A stretch of DNA of 64,000 nucleotides, from the NCBI GenBank assembly GCA_965243615.1, contig CBDEVO010000003.1, forward strand, positions 3,347,141 through 3,411,140, in the 5' to 3' direction. The stretch is from Vicinamibacterales bacterium (GTDB taxonomy: Bacteria > Acidobacteriota > Vicinamibacteria > Vicinamibacterales > UBA8438). Position 1 is the stretch's first letter, and the number at the start of each line of letters is the position of its first letter. Of the stretch, positions 46,191 to 55,372 are shown piece by piece. A model generated the notes under the pieces. The model had not been told where the DNA came from and did no database searches. It saw nothing but the letters and a program-made list of their open reading frames with translations. Both the position numbers and the translations under genes were made by a program.

Positions 46191-48350
46191 TCAGCGCGGC
46201 GGGGCGGCGCGTTCGAACAGGCGGGACGGAGTTCGTCCGCCGCGAACGTCGTCCGCCGCCGCGAGCAGGCGGTTCGGAGCCGCGAGGTTGCGTTCGGCCA
46301 TGGCTTCGAGGAAGTCGACGACCGCGGCGTGCTCGCCCGCGTCGACGAGGTCGAGGAGGACGCGCCAGGCGGCCACCCCGTGGCCGTAGGTCAGCCCCTC
46401 GGCCGGGGGCGCCAGGGAGGCGCGGCGGAGCGCGTCGACGGCCGCGTCGACGTCCCCGTCGAGCATGGCCGTCGAGGCGAGCGTCATGTGCGCCTGGTAG
46501 ATGAACGAGCCGGCATCGGGCACGCCCGCGAAGCGGGGCGCGAGGTCGAGCACGTCGCGCGCGAAGCGTCTCGCGTTGTCCGTCTTCGTCTCGATGTAAC
46601 CCGCCAGGTTGCGGTCGTCGAACCGCGCGGCCCCGCGGATGCTCTGCAGCGCGTCGACCGCGGCCTCGGCCATCGCTTCGAAGCGCTCGGCCGGGGGCAG
46701 GGCGGCCAGGGCGTCGTACTGCTCGGCCGGGGCCACGGTGCGGTCGCGGTGCCATGCGGCGCGGCTTCGCTCACTCGCCACCAGGTCCGCCAGCATCGTC
46801 CGGGTCCGCACCGACTCCGGATCGAGGCGCACGGCGCGTTCGAGGCAGTCCCTGGCCATCAGGACGTCCTCCGGAAAGCTGTTCCGGTTGTAGCGCGGCG
46901 CGTTGAGCACGTACTCGGCGGCGGCGGTCAGCAGGACCGGATCGCTCGACGCGGCGAGGCGGGCGCGCGCATGCGCGGCGAACGCGCCGTCCGGGTCGAA
47001 GCCGGTCACCTCGACGAGCGGGCCGTCGTCGGTGACGCGGACGCGGTAGCCGGTGGCGCTGGCCGCGTAGAACCGGCCCAGGCGGGCCGACCAGCCGCCC
47101 GTCGGGTCTTCCGACCGGCGCTGGAGCAGGATCTCCTCGGCGCGCGGCCGGTCGCCATGCCTCACCGCGACCTCGGTGTCGGGAAAGTCGTCGAGGAGCC
47201 GCTCGACCGGCCAGCTCGCGACCGTGGCGATGTCCATTTGCCGCTGGATGTCCAGGAACGGGTTCCCCGTCCCGTCCGCGGCCGGGCGGCACGCCGCGCC
47301 CGCGATCGCGATCAGGCAGCAGCCGGCGCCCAGGGCGGCGGTGGAGAGCGGCGAGGTGGCGCGCCGGGGCGCCCGTTGCAGGATGTGCGCGATTCGCCGA
47401 GTCAGCGACGGGCTTCCATGCATGCCGACACCCTCCCACGAGAAACGGCCGCCGCGCGCGCGGACGGCGATGGCCATTGACCTCAGCACGTCGACGTAGG
47501 CCTGGGGCGCGCGCACCGTACGCAAGGCCGCCTCGTCGCACGCGTGCTCGGCGGTCAGGGCGAGGGCGCGGCGCAGCCACCAGGCGAGCGGATGGAACCA
47601 GAACAGGCAGCGGTTCAGCGAGGCGAGCCCGGCGACGAGGGGGTCGTGCCTCACGACGTGCGCGTGCTCGTGCGCGACCACCGCGCGGAGCGTAGCCCCA
47701 GGCCACCGTTCCCAGCCAAGCGGGAGCACCACGGTCGGTCGCAAGAGGCCCACCGTGACCGGCACGGCGACGCGGTCCGACTCGCTGATCCGGACGGGGA
47801 GGGCGCCGAGCCGGCGGCGGGGCGGCCCGTCGATAGGCCGCGCGCCGCGCGCGAGCCGCCGCGAGCCCCACAACCCGAGCACGAGTCGCAGCAGCATCGA
47901 CGCCATGCCGGCGGCGTAGACGGCGAGAGCGGTCGCCGCCCACGGCCGCCCGCTTGCCGCCCACGGCCACGCGCCTGGGGTCCACGGCCGCGCGGCTGAG
48001 GAAGGCGCCGCCGGCGCGGGGTCGTGCGAGGCGCCGCGTGCCCGACGAGGCGGCGTCAGCGGCGGGGGAGCCGGCGCCGCCGGACTCCGTTCGGTCCGCG
48101 GGCCGGGGGTCGTGGCGAGCGCGGCGGCGACGACTTCGCGCGCGGCGGGCGGAACCGGCACGCCGACGGCCGGCACGAGGCGCGACAGCGCCGGCATCAG
48201 CAGCATCGCCACGAGCACGACGGTCCACGTGGCGTGCCGGGTCGCGCCGGCCCGCACCCGGAGGGCGGCGAGGATCGCCGCCACGAACGCCGCGACCAGC
48301 GCCGCCCGCAGCGACGCGTCGGCCAGCGCCTCCAGCACCATCCCGCTCAT
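46191..48350 (-). CDS. M56 (BlaR1-like) metallopeptidase with uncharacterised helical C-terminal domain
   Basis: VVAHEHAHVVRHD, WFHPLAWW, AEHACDEAA; lipobox-like AGAAC before the C-terminal domain. Confidence 0.85.
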   Translation of the reverse strand: MSGMVLEALADASLRAALVAAFVAAILAALRVRAGATRHATWTVVLVAMLLMPALSRLVPAVGVPVPPAAREVVAAALATTPGPRTERSPAAPAPPPLTPPRRARGASHDPAPAAPSSAARPWTPGAWPWAASGRPWAATALAVYAAGMASMLLRLVLGLWGSRRLARGARPIDGPPRRRLGALPVRISESDRVAVPVTVGLLRPTVVLPLGWERWPGATLRAVVAHEHAHVVRHDPLVAGLASLNRCLFWFHPLAWWLRRALALTAEHACDEAALRTVRAPQAYVDVLRSMAIAVRARGGRFSWEGVGMHGSPSLTRRIAHILQRAPRRATSPLSTAALGAGCCLIAIAGAACRPAADGTGNPFLDIQRQMDIATVASWPVERLLDDFPDTEVAVRHGDRPRAEEILLQRRSEDPTGGWSARLGRFYAASATGYRVRVTDDGPLVEVTGFDPDGAFAAHARARLAASSDPVLLTAAAEYVLNAPRYNRNSFPEDVLMARDCLERAVRLDPESVRTRTMLADLVASERSRAAWHRDRTVAPAEQYDALAALPPAERFEAMAEAAVDALQSIRGAARFDDRNLAGYIETKTDNARRFARDVLDLAPRFAGVPDAGSFIYQAHMTLASTAMLDGDVDAAVDALRRASLAPPAEGLTYGHGVAAWRVLLDLVDAGEHAAVVDFLEAMAERNLAAPNRLLAAADDVRGGRTPSRLFERAAPPR

Positions 48351-48745
48351 GACCGCCCCCCGCGCCGCGTCTTCGCCTTGCCTCTCGCCCGGCGCGCGAG
48401 GCGTTCGAGCTCGTCCACCGAGAGCACCTGCTCGTCGACCATGCCCACGAGGAACTGCTCGGTCGAGCCCGCGCAGAAGCGGTCGATGATGCGCCGCACG
48501 GCGGACGCGGCAATGCCCTCCGGCGGCAGCTCGGCCCGGTAGACGAACGTCTTGCCCGCCACCCGGTGGCTCAGGTAGCCGCGGGCCTCCAGGCGCCTCA
48601 GCACCGTCCGTACGCTCGAGTCCTTGAGCGGATGGGCGGGCAGCAGCCCTTCGCGCACCTGCTCCGCGGTCGCTTCGCCGCCGGACCAGATCACCTCCAT
48701 GACGGCCTGCTGCAACTCGGTCAGGATGGCGTTACGAATCGTCAC
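48347..48745 (-). CDS. BlaI/MecI/CopY family repressor, second copy
   Basis: LTELQQAVMEVIW, SSVRTVLRRLEARGYL, IIDRFCAGS; GTG start at 48745. Confidence 0.9.
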   Translation of the reverse strand: MTIRNAILTELQQAVMEVIWSGGEATAEQVREGLLPAHPLKDSSVRTVLRRLEARGYLSHRVAGKTFVYRAELPPEGIAASAVRRIIDRFCAGSTEQFLVGMVDEQVLSVDELERLARRARGKAKTRRGGRS

Positions 48746-48761
48746 GTTACGGAGTGTAGCA
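48731..48761 (-). promoter_or_regulatory. Extended -10 TGCTACACT (leaderless) with two tandem GTTACG-N3-(C/T)GT operator-like palindromes
   Basis: TACACT at 48758-48753, 7 nt before GTG 48745; GTTACGAATCGTCAC 48731-48745; GTTACGGAGTGTAGC 48746-48760. Confidence 0.6.
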
Positions 48762-48977
48762 CATAGGGCGGGTTCGAGCGAGATCCGGCGCCGAAATCTT
48801 GTTGAAGCGGGCGTACGCATGGTCAGAGGGGCGGGGGACGCGCCGACGCACCGGCGAGCTGCCAAGACCGCGTACAATCTACTTGGTCTTCGGCGTGAGC
48901 GAGCCGGAAGGGAACGTCCCCCCACACGACGCCAACGCTCTCGACCACGAGCGTTCCCACGAGCGCAAGCCAGGACC

Positions 48978-49424
48978 ATGGGAAAACGGGACCACGACGA
49001 GGACTGGCGGTTTCCGCCGTTCCGGTTCTCGAACTACACGGAGCTCATCAAGGCGGGCTGGCCCGATGACGACATCGAGCGGTTCATCCTGCGCGATCTC
49101 GGCCGGACCTTCCACGCACTGAGCCGCGAGCGCCAGAAGCAGGAGCTGGAGCGAGGCGTCGAGCTGACCCACACGAAATGGGACGCGCTGATCGCTGCGA
49201 CGGTCGAACAGCTCGCGCTCACCCACCACCTTCCGGTACCGAGCTGGGTCGACGAGCCCGAGCGGTTCCTCGACGAAACGTGGGTGCTGGCCGAAGGACG
49301 GATGGCACGGGAGTTCTGCCTGATGTTCGCACCGGGACCCTTCCTGAGACACGGCGCCGTGCCAGACCCCGGAGAGTTCAACGAGCGCACGGGAGACACC
49401 AGTGATTGGGAACCCCGATCTTGA
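48978..49424 (+). CDS. Hypothetical protein, probable antitoxin partner of the DUF6036 nucleotidyltransferase
   Basis: WDALIAATVEQLA...PSWVDEPERFLDETW...PFLRHG resembles, from memory, the domain found upstream of DUF6036 genes; overlaps the next gene by 23 nt. Confidence 0.6.
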   Translation: MGKRDHDEDWRFPPFRFSNYTELIKAGWPDDDIERFILRDLGRTFHALSRERQKQELERGVELTHTKWDALIAATVEQLALTHHLPVPSWVDEPERFLDETWVLAEGRMAREFCLMFAPGPFLRHGAVPDPGEFNERTGDTSDWEPRS

Positions 49425-49977
49425 TCGGGAAAGGCTGACGAACCTGTTCGACGACCTCTCCCGGGAGCTCGAGTTCGCGCGAACCCGCGTGCAGATCTAC
49501 GTCATCGGCGGAGCCGCGATGAGCATGGCGTTCGACCGGGGCCGGACGACCAAGGACGTGGACGCAAGAATCGACGCCGGCCACGGTGCGCTGATGAAGG
49601 CGGTCGAGAAGATCGCGCGCAAGCGGGGCCTCACTCACAACTGGCTCAACGAAGAGGCGACGAGCGCGATACCACGGGAGACGGACAGGAACACGCGGAC
49701 GCTCTACAACTCGCCGTACCTCACGGTGACGGGAGCCTCGCCGAAGCACCTGCTCGCCATGAAACTCGAGGCCGGACGGGCACGCGACATGAAGGACGTG
49801 AAGCTTCTGATGAAGCGCCTCGGGATAACGGACGTGGCCGAAGCAACCGGCATCCATGCAAGGCTGTACGCCGGAAAGCCGATGAAGGCGAGAGCCGTGG
49901 AGGGTCTCGAACGCGTGAGCCAAGAGCTCAGGACCGAGCAGCAGCCGTCGCGAGCCAAGAACTCCACGGGAACCTGA
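49402..49977 (+). CDS. DUF6036-like nucleotidyltransferase
   Basis: YVIGGAAM...TTKDVDA (GG and DxD polymerase-beta-type motifs), WLN, HLLAMKLEAGRARDMKD. Confidence 0.8.
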   Translation: MIGNPDLDRERLTNLFDDLSRELEFARTRVQIYVIGGAAMSMAFDRGRTTKDVDARIDAGHGALMKAVEKIARKRGLTHNWLNEEATSAIPRETDRNTRTLYNSPYLTVTGASPKHLLAMKLEAGRARDMKDVKLLMKRLGITDVAEATGIHARLYAGKPMKARAVEGLERVSQELRTEQQPSRAKNSTGT

Positions 49978-50049
49978 GCAGGTGCCTCGGCCAAGCCGAT
50001 GCGCCGGAGCGGCGAGCAGCAGGTGGCGCCCGGCTCCGAGACGCTATGC

Positions 50050-50360
50050 GCCCTGTTCGGCGATGCGCCGGCGTCAACCTGCTCGACGAGCTGTCGGTCT
50101 ATCTGCCGGAATCTCGATCTCGTCGAGCATTCGGTGATGCGGCGCCTGGCTCGCGCCGGCGTGCGGCCCCGGCCGTCCGCGCACGGAGCGCGCCGGCGCC
50201 TCGTCCTGCGGGAAGACACGGCGCTGGCCCTCGGGCTGCCGTTCCGAGCCCCGCCCCCATGCGCAGCCGCGACAACATCCGCGCGGTCGCGGCCGGCATC
50301 GAGGCCATGGAACCCGAGGAAGCCGCCTATTGGCTGGGGATGGCCATGCACCGTCGACGA
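50050..50360 (+). pseudogene. Frameshifted remnant of a small gene of the type found upstream of DUF499 ATPases
   Basis: RNLDLVEHSVMRRLARAG...EDTALALGLPFRA, then a shift to PMRSRDNIRAVAAGIEAMEPEEAAYWLGMAMHR; cut off by the inverted vapC. Family recalled from memory. Confidence 0.5.
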
Positions 50361-50670
50361 TCGCGCGGCCTTCCGCCTTCTGCATCATGGGGGCGAGCGT
50401 CTGCTGGTGGCGTTCCGTCGGCAGGGGAATCCAGACGGACTCGGTGGCGAGCCACGACTCCACCTGCCGCCATGCGGCGGCCACCGAGGCGGGGCGAGGA
50501 AAGATGCGCGGGTTGCTGGCGATCCGCGCGAACGCGAGCAGGCTGGGCCAAGGCAGGCCTACCGGCGCGGCGGCGTTGATCCGTTCGTCGAGCCACTCGT
50601 GCGCCCTCGCGTGTTGCGGGAACGAGGCCACGTGCGCGTAGACCAGCAGATTGGCGTCGACGAGGATCAC
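50360..50670 (-). pseudogene. vapC: VapC PIN toxin, 3'-truncated
   Basis: ILVDANLLVYAH...WLDERIN...SLLAFARIASNPRIF; the C-terminal DAHLAALA/TxDxDF segment is absent. Confidence 0.78.
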
Positions 50671-50915
50671 CGGAACTCTTCGCCCTCCGCGACGGCGAGC
50701 ACCTCGGCCACGTCGTCGAGGCTGCCGGCCAGACACGAGCCGAGATCGACCGTGGGCGTCCGATAGGGGACCGACCGCGTCGGCGGCGCCGCCATGGCGC
50801 GCAGACCGCGGCGCAGGGCCTCATTGACGATGGTCTTGAAGCTCTCCCCGCGCACCTGCTGCATCCGTTGCGCCAAGGCCGCCACGTCGGGATCCAGGCT
50901 GAAGGTCGTCCGCAT
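50667..50915 (-). CDS. vapB: VapB-type ribbon-helix-helix antitoxin
   Basis: MRTTFSLDPDVAA...FKTIVNEALRRGL; GTGA overlap with vapC; TGCTAATGT extended -10 box 8 nt upstream. Confidence 0.82.
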   Translation of the reverse strand: MRTTFSLDPDVAALAQRMQQVRGESFKTIVNEALRRGLRAMAAPPTRSVPYRTPTVDLGSCLAGSLDDVAEVLAVAEGEEFR

Positions 50916-51000
50916 ACATCCGGACATTAGCAGTCTGATGAGTTGATGTCCATCCGGGGGGGATGGTCTCGCACGTCCCCGCGGCCTCGAGAGCAGACGC

Positions 51001-51200
51001 GTGACCATTCCGAAGATCTTCACCCCCGGCGTGACGTGCTCGACGGCACGGTCGCCGACGCCGACTTCGCGGCCGACCTCGCCCAGGTCCTGACCGGCAC
51101 GCCGAGCCCGGGCTACCGCGAGACCGGCCCGTTCTTCGCCAACACCCTCCCGACCCGGGGCCTGAAGTCTTGCTCGCCAATGTGTCCCCGAGCTGGTCGA
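51001..51200 (+). pseudogene. 5' remnant of a DUF499 family ATPase
   Basis: GTG TIPKIF, shift, PRRDVLDGTVADADFAADLAQVLTG...YRETGPFFANTLPTRGLK, shift, LLANV. Matches the remembered DUF499 N-terminal pattern FAADL...FFxxTYPTxGL. Confidence 0.7.
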
Positions 51201-51325
51201 GCGGGCGTGCCCGAACAAGGCCGAAGGGTCGGCGCTTCCTGGTCATCTTGCTCTTCGGTCCACGGAGACACGGGCGACCAAAGCACGAGCCTCAGCGCGA
51301 GACAGCCCCGTGGGCCCCGCCCCCC

Positions 51326-52300
51326 TCAATCCTGTCCGCTCTCCCCGCTCCGCTCCTCCAACCGCGCGCCCCCCAGGATGTTCGGCATCGCGTAGTTCCC
51401 CTCGTGACACGCGTACTCGAACATCGGCAGCTCGGTCCACTTCATCGGAATCCGCGCCGTCCAGGGCGCCGACCACGTCGCGGGGTCGCTGATCGTGAAC
51501 TCGTAGAGCAGCGTGTCCGCGTCCACCCGCGTGAACCGCTCGACGAGATGACGGTCCCTGGTCGAGCCCCGGTAGCCGTGCTTGTCGCTGAAGTGCGTGG
51601 TCTCGACCACCAGCGTGTCGCCCTCCCAGACGCCGCGCGACTCGCCGGTCCACGACTCGATGTCGGGGCGGGGACGGCCGTCGAGGGGGATGATGCGCGA
51701 GTCGTGCACCATCTCGTTGAGCACCACGACGTGGTCGGGGGTCTGGAAGAGCTGCATGTGCTGGTTGTAGAAGCCGGGGGTCATCGGGGGCCCGGTGTTG
51801 AACCCGAGAATGCAGCGGTCGAACGCGCTGCGGTCGGTGTACGAGTCGGCGGGGTGGGCCTCGCGGTACGCGCGCCGCTCGTCGGCGCGGCGCTGCCCCT
51901 CGTCGCTCAGGGCGGGAATGCGCCCGTTCGGCGGGTCGACGATGAGCGACGTGCGGCGGTCGTCGATGACGGTGGTGCCGAAGTCGAGCCAGAAGTTGTT
52001 GTAGCCGCCGACGTTGCCCCCGGCCTCGGTCCGCCGGGGCGCCGCCTCCCAGAGGCGGACGTTCCGCTCCACCCGCTCCTGCTCGATGGTGGCCGCCTCC
52101 TCCTCGGTCAGGAACGCCTGGTCCCCGCGGTCCTCGGGCCGCTCGAGGGGCGTGGCGGTCTTGAAGTCCCAGATGCCCTGCAGGTCGGGGGCGCCCCACG
52201 GGGTCCGCGGCGCGTCCTGGCCGGCAGCCGCGCCGGCCGCCAGCACGACGAGCACCACCGCCAGCGTCGGCGCGACGATTCGACCTCTCACGACCGTCAT
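51326..52300 (-). CDS. Secreted hypothetical protein, EYACHEGN family, paralog 3
   Basis: RTPWGAPDLQGIWD, RTSLIVDPPNGR, DRCILG, EYACHEGNY; GGAGG RBS. Confidence 0.85.
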   Translation of the reverse strand: MTVVRGRIVAPTLAVVLVVLAAGAAAGQDAPRTPWGAPDLQGIWDFKTATPLERPEDRGDQAFLTEEEAATIEQERVERNVRLWEAAPRRTEAGGNVGGYNNFWLDFGTTVIDDRRTSLIVDPPNGRIPALSDEGQRRADERRAYREAHPADSYTDRSAFDRCILGFNTGPPMTPGFYNQHMQLFQTPDHVVVLNEMVHDSRIIPLDGRPRPDIESWTGESRGVWEGDTLVVETTHFSDKHGYRGSTRDRHLVERFTRVDADTLLYEFTISDPATWSAPWTARIPMKWTELPMFEYACHEGNYAMPNILGGARLEERSGESGQD

Positions 52301-52521
52301 GGCTCTACCTCCTCCATGCGGGCGCCCGCCTCGCAGGGCGGCCCTGGCGGTCTACGATAGCCCGTGGCGGGGCTGCTGTAAACGCGGCCCCCGGACCCCG
52401 AGCGACAACACCGATGCCATGCCGGCCGTCGAGGAATGGCGCGCGGTCTGCGCTCGGGCCCGAGCTGGCGTCCGGAGCGCCATCACGCCGGCATCCCCGC
52501 CGTCGACCCCGACGCCTACCG

Positions 52522-52579
52522 GCTGCCGCTTGATGTCGCGATACAGCGCGTCCGGGAGTTGGATCTGCGTCTTGATCAC
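52522..52579 (-). pseudogene. 5' stub of an RHH/CopG-type antitoxin
   Basis: GTG-IKTQIQLPDALYRDIKR, then unrelated sequence. Confidence 0.45.
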
Positions 52580-52706
52580 GCCATCATCTGTACATCGCCA
52601 TCGAAACGACATCAATCGATCGCGCCTCGACTCTTGACGTCGACGGTTCGAACGGTCATGGTCGGCATGAGAACGCCCGGAGGGCGCGAAACAGCGGGAG
52701 GTCGGG

Positions 52707-54932
52707 ATGCCACGGAGACCGGGGCGGTTGGCGGCGGGGGTGCTTCTGGCGATGGGCGCAGCGGGACTCGTGCTGCACGCGCAGGGCGGGGATCGGACCA
52801 TCGCGGGCGTCGTCACCAGCGGCGCCGGCCCCGAGGCGGGCGTCTGGGTGGTCGCCGAGACCGGCGACCTGCCGACGACGTTCCGCAAGATCGTGGTGAC
52901 CGACGACGATGGCCGCTTCCTGCTGCCGGAGCTGCCGGAGGCGAGCTACTCGGTCTGGGTGCGCGGGTACGGCCTCGTCGACTCGACGCCGGTGACGGCG
53001 GCGCCGGGGAATGACCTGCGCTTGACGACGACCGTCGCCGCCACGCCGCAGGAGGCCGCCGCGGTCTATCCGGCCGCGTACTGGCTGTCGCTGATCGAGC
53101 CGCCCGGAGCGGACGAGTTCCCGGGCACGGGCCCCGAGGGCAACGGCATCAGCGAGGACCTGCGCACCCGCGACGAGTACCTCTACAACGTGAAAGCCTG
53201 CCTGCGCTGCCACCAGGTCGGGGGCGAGTTCACGCGCGGGCACTCCGACGGGCTCGACTACGACTCGAGCGCCGACGCGTGGGACGCGCGCGTCCGCATG
53301 GGTCAGCGCGGGGCCGAGATGAGCATGTGGATGTCGCGGTTCGGCCGTGGGCGCGGGCTGCGCATGTTCGCCGACTGGAGCGACCGCATCGCCACCGGCG
53401 AGGTGCCGCCGGCGCCGCCGCGACCGCGCGGGGTCGAGCGCAACCTGGTCCTCACCCAGTGGGAGTGGACCGACGAGATGGGCAAGATCCACGACGAGGC
53501 GTCGACCGACAAGCGCAACCCGACGGTGAACGCCAACGGCCCCATCTACGGGGTGGACATCGCCAACGACAACCTCGCCATGCTCGACCCGAGCACCCAC
53601 TCCGCGACGATGTTGCGCATCCCGACCCTGGTCGACCGCTCGACCATGCGGGCGTCCTACGCGCAGTCGGGCTATCCGCCGTCGCGCCTCGCCGACCTCG
53701 CGCGCTTCAACCCCGCGAGCATCCACAACCCGATGCTCGACAGCCGGGGCCGGGTCTGGTACACGGCAACGCTGCGCCCGCCCGAGAACCAGCCCGACTG
53801 GTGCATGGACGGCTCCGGCAACAAGTTCGCCGAGTACTTCCCGGTCGAGCGGTCGGGCCGCAACGTGAGCTACTACGACCCCGAGACCGGCGAGTTCACG
53901 ATGGTCGACACCTGCTTCGGCAGCCACCACCTGCAGTTCGCGCACGACGAGAACGAGACCCTGTTCCTCAGCCGGCCCAACAGCGACGTCTTCGGCTGGC
54001 TCGACACGAAGCTGTTCGACGAGACCGGCGACGGGCGGCTCGCGCAGGGCTGGTGCCCGACGGTGGTCGACACCAACGGCGACGGCCGCATCACGAAGCC
54101 GTGGAACGAGCCGGCGGTGGCCCGCGCCAGCCGGTTCGAGGAGGACCCGACGGCCAGCACCTACGACTTCGACCCGGCGCGGGACACGCGGGTCACGGTG
54201 GGGGCGTACGGCATCATCGTCAACCCCGTCGACGGATCGGTCTGGGGCGCGCAGGACTCCTACCCGGGCCGCATCGTCCGGCTCGTGGTGGGAGACGACC
54301 CGCCGGAGAGCTGCATCGCCGAGGTCTTCGAGGTGCCCTCCGAGCGCTGGGACGTCGAGGCGGCGGGCGAGCGCGGCTTCATGCCTCGCGGCCTCGACGT
54401 CGACACGAACGGCGTCCTGTGGACGGCGCTGTCGGGGACCAACCACCTCGCGAGCTTCGACCGGGCCAGGTGCGCATCGCTGACCGGGCCCGAGGCGCAC
54501 ACCGGGCGGCACTGCGCGGAAGGATGGACCCTCCATCCCCTGCCGGGCCCGGTGTTCAGGGGGACCGACGTCCGCGCCGATTACAACTACTACAACTGGG
54601 TCGACCAGTTCGACACCCTGGGCCTCGGCGAGAACGTGCCCATCGCCACCGGCACCGGCTCGGACTCGCTGGTGGCGCTGCTGCCCGAGACCGGCGAGAC
54701 GGTCGTCATGCGGGTGCCCTATCCGCTCGCCGGCTTCCACCCGCGGGGCCTCGACGGCCGCATCGACGACCCCGACGCCGGCTGGAAGGGGCGCGGCGTT
54801 TACTCGTCGACCGGCTCCGACACGGTGTGGCACGCCGAGGACGGGCTGGCCGTCGAGGACGGCGAGTACCGGTCGGTGTCGAAGCCGATCCTCGTGAAGT
54901 TCCAGTTCCGGCCGCACCCGCTGGCGGAATAG
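52707..54932 (+). CDS. Secreted protein: carboxypeptidase-regulatory-like domain, single CxxCH heme motif and Vgb/NHL-like beta-propeller
   Basis: Signal peptide, VVTDDDGRFLLPELP, CLRCH, DTCFGSHHLQF, PRGLDVDTNG, FHPRGLDGRIDDPDAGWKGRG. Confidence 0.8.
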   Translation: MPRRPGRLAAGVLLAMGAAGLVLHAQGGDRTIAGVVTSGAGPEAGVWVVAETGDLPTTFRKIVVTDDDGRFLLPELPEASYSVWVRGYGLVDSTPVTAAPGNDLRLTTTVAATPQEAAAVYPAAYWLSLIEPPGADEFPGTGPEGNGISEDLRTRDEYLYNVKACLRCHQVGGEFTRGHSDGLDYDSSADAWDARVRMGQRGAEMSMWMSRFGRGRGLRMFADWSDRIATGEVPPAPPRPRGVERNLVLTQWEWTDEMGKIHDEASTDKRNPTVNANGPIYGVDIANDNLAMLDPSTHSATMLRIPTLVDRSTMRASYAQSGYPPSRLADLARFNPASIHNPMLDSRGRVWYTATLRPPENQPDWCMDGSGNKFAEYFPVERSGRNVSYYDPETGEFTMVDTCFGSHHLQFAHDENETLFLSRPNSDVFGWLDTKLFDETGDGRLAQGWCPTVVDTNGDGRITKPWNEPAVARASRFEEDPTASTYDFDPARDTRVTVGAYGIIVNPVDGSVWGAQDSYPGRIVRLVVGDDPPESCIAEVFEVPSERWDVEAAGERGFMPRGLDVDTNGVLWTALSGTNHLASFDRARCASLTGPEAHTGRHCAEGWTLHPLPGPVFRGTDVRADYNYYNWVDQFDTLGLGENVPIATGTGSDSLVALLPETGETVVMRVPYPLAGFHPRGLDGRIDDPDAGWKGRGVYSSTGSDTVWHAEDGLAVEDGEYRSVSKPILVKFQFRPHPLAE

Positions 54933-54958
54933 CCCGGGCGCTCGGCGCCCCCCCTGCC

Positions 54959-55372
54959 TCAGGGTCGCTTCGCGGCGTGCCGCTCGATGTAGGTGAGGGC
55001 GGCCTGCGTGAGAAAGCCGGATCTGGACGTCTCGGCGAGCTTTGCGGCGCGGTCGATCAGAGCCAGCGCGCGCCGCGGGATCGTCACGCTCAGCCGGACG
55101 GTCTTGTTCGAGATCGCCAGCTTGTCGAGATCGACCTGGATGCCCACCAGGAACGCCCCCGGCTCGACTGTGGTCCGGCCGACCACGTCCGGGTCGGGGA
55201 TGGGCTCGCCGTCGGCGATCATGCCGTCGAGATGACACAGGATCGCCTCTTCGGCGTTGCGGATGGCCTCGGCCAGGTTGTCGCCCTCGGTGAAGCACCC
55301 CGGCAGGTCGACGATCTCGACGCTGTACCCGCCGTCGGCCTCGGCGTGCAGTTTTGCAAGGTAGAGGATCAT
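54959..55372 (-). CDS. hicB: HicB family antitoxin with C-terminal RHH
   Basis: YSVEIVDLPGCFTEGDNLAEA...VRLSVTIP...SRSGFL; ATGA overlap with hicA. Confidence 0.92.
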   Translation of the reverse strand: MILYLAKLHAEADGGYSVEIVDLPGCFTEGDNLAEAIRNAEEAILCHLDGMIADGEPIPDPDVVGRTTVEPGAFLVGIQVDLDKLAISNKTVRLSVTIPRRALALIDRAAKLAETSRSGFLTQAALTYIERHAAKRP

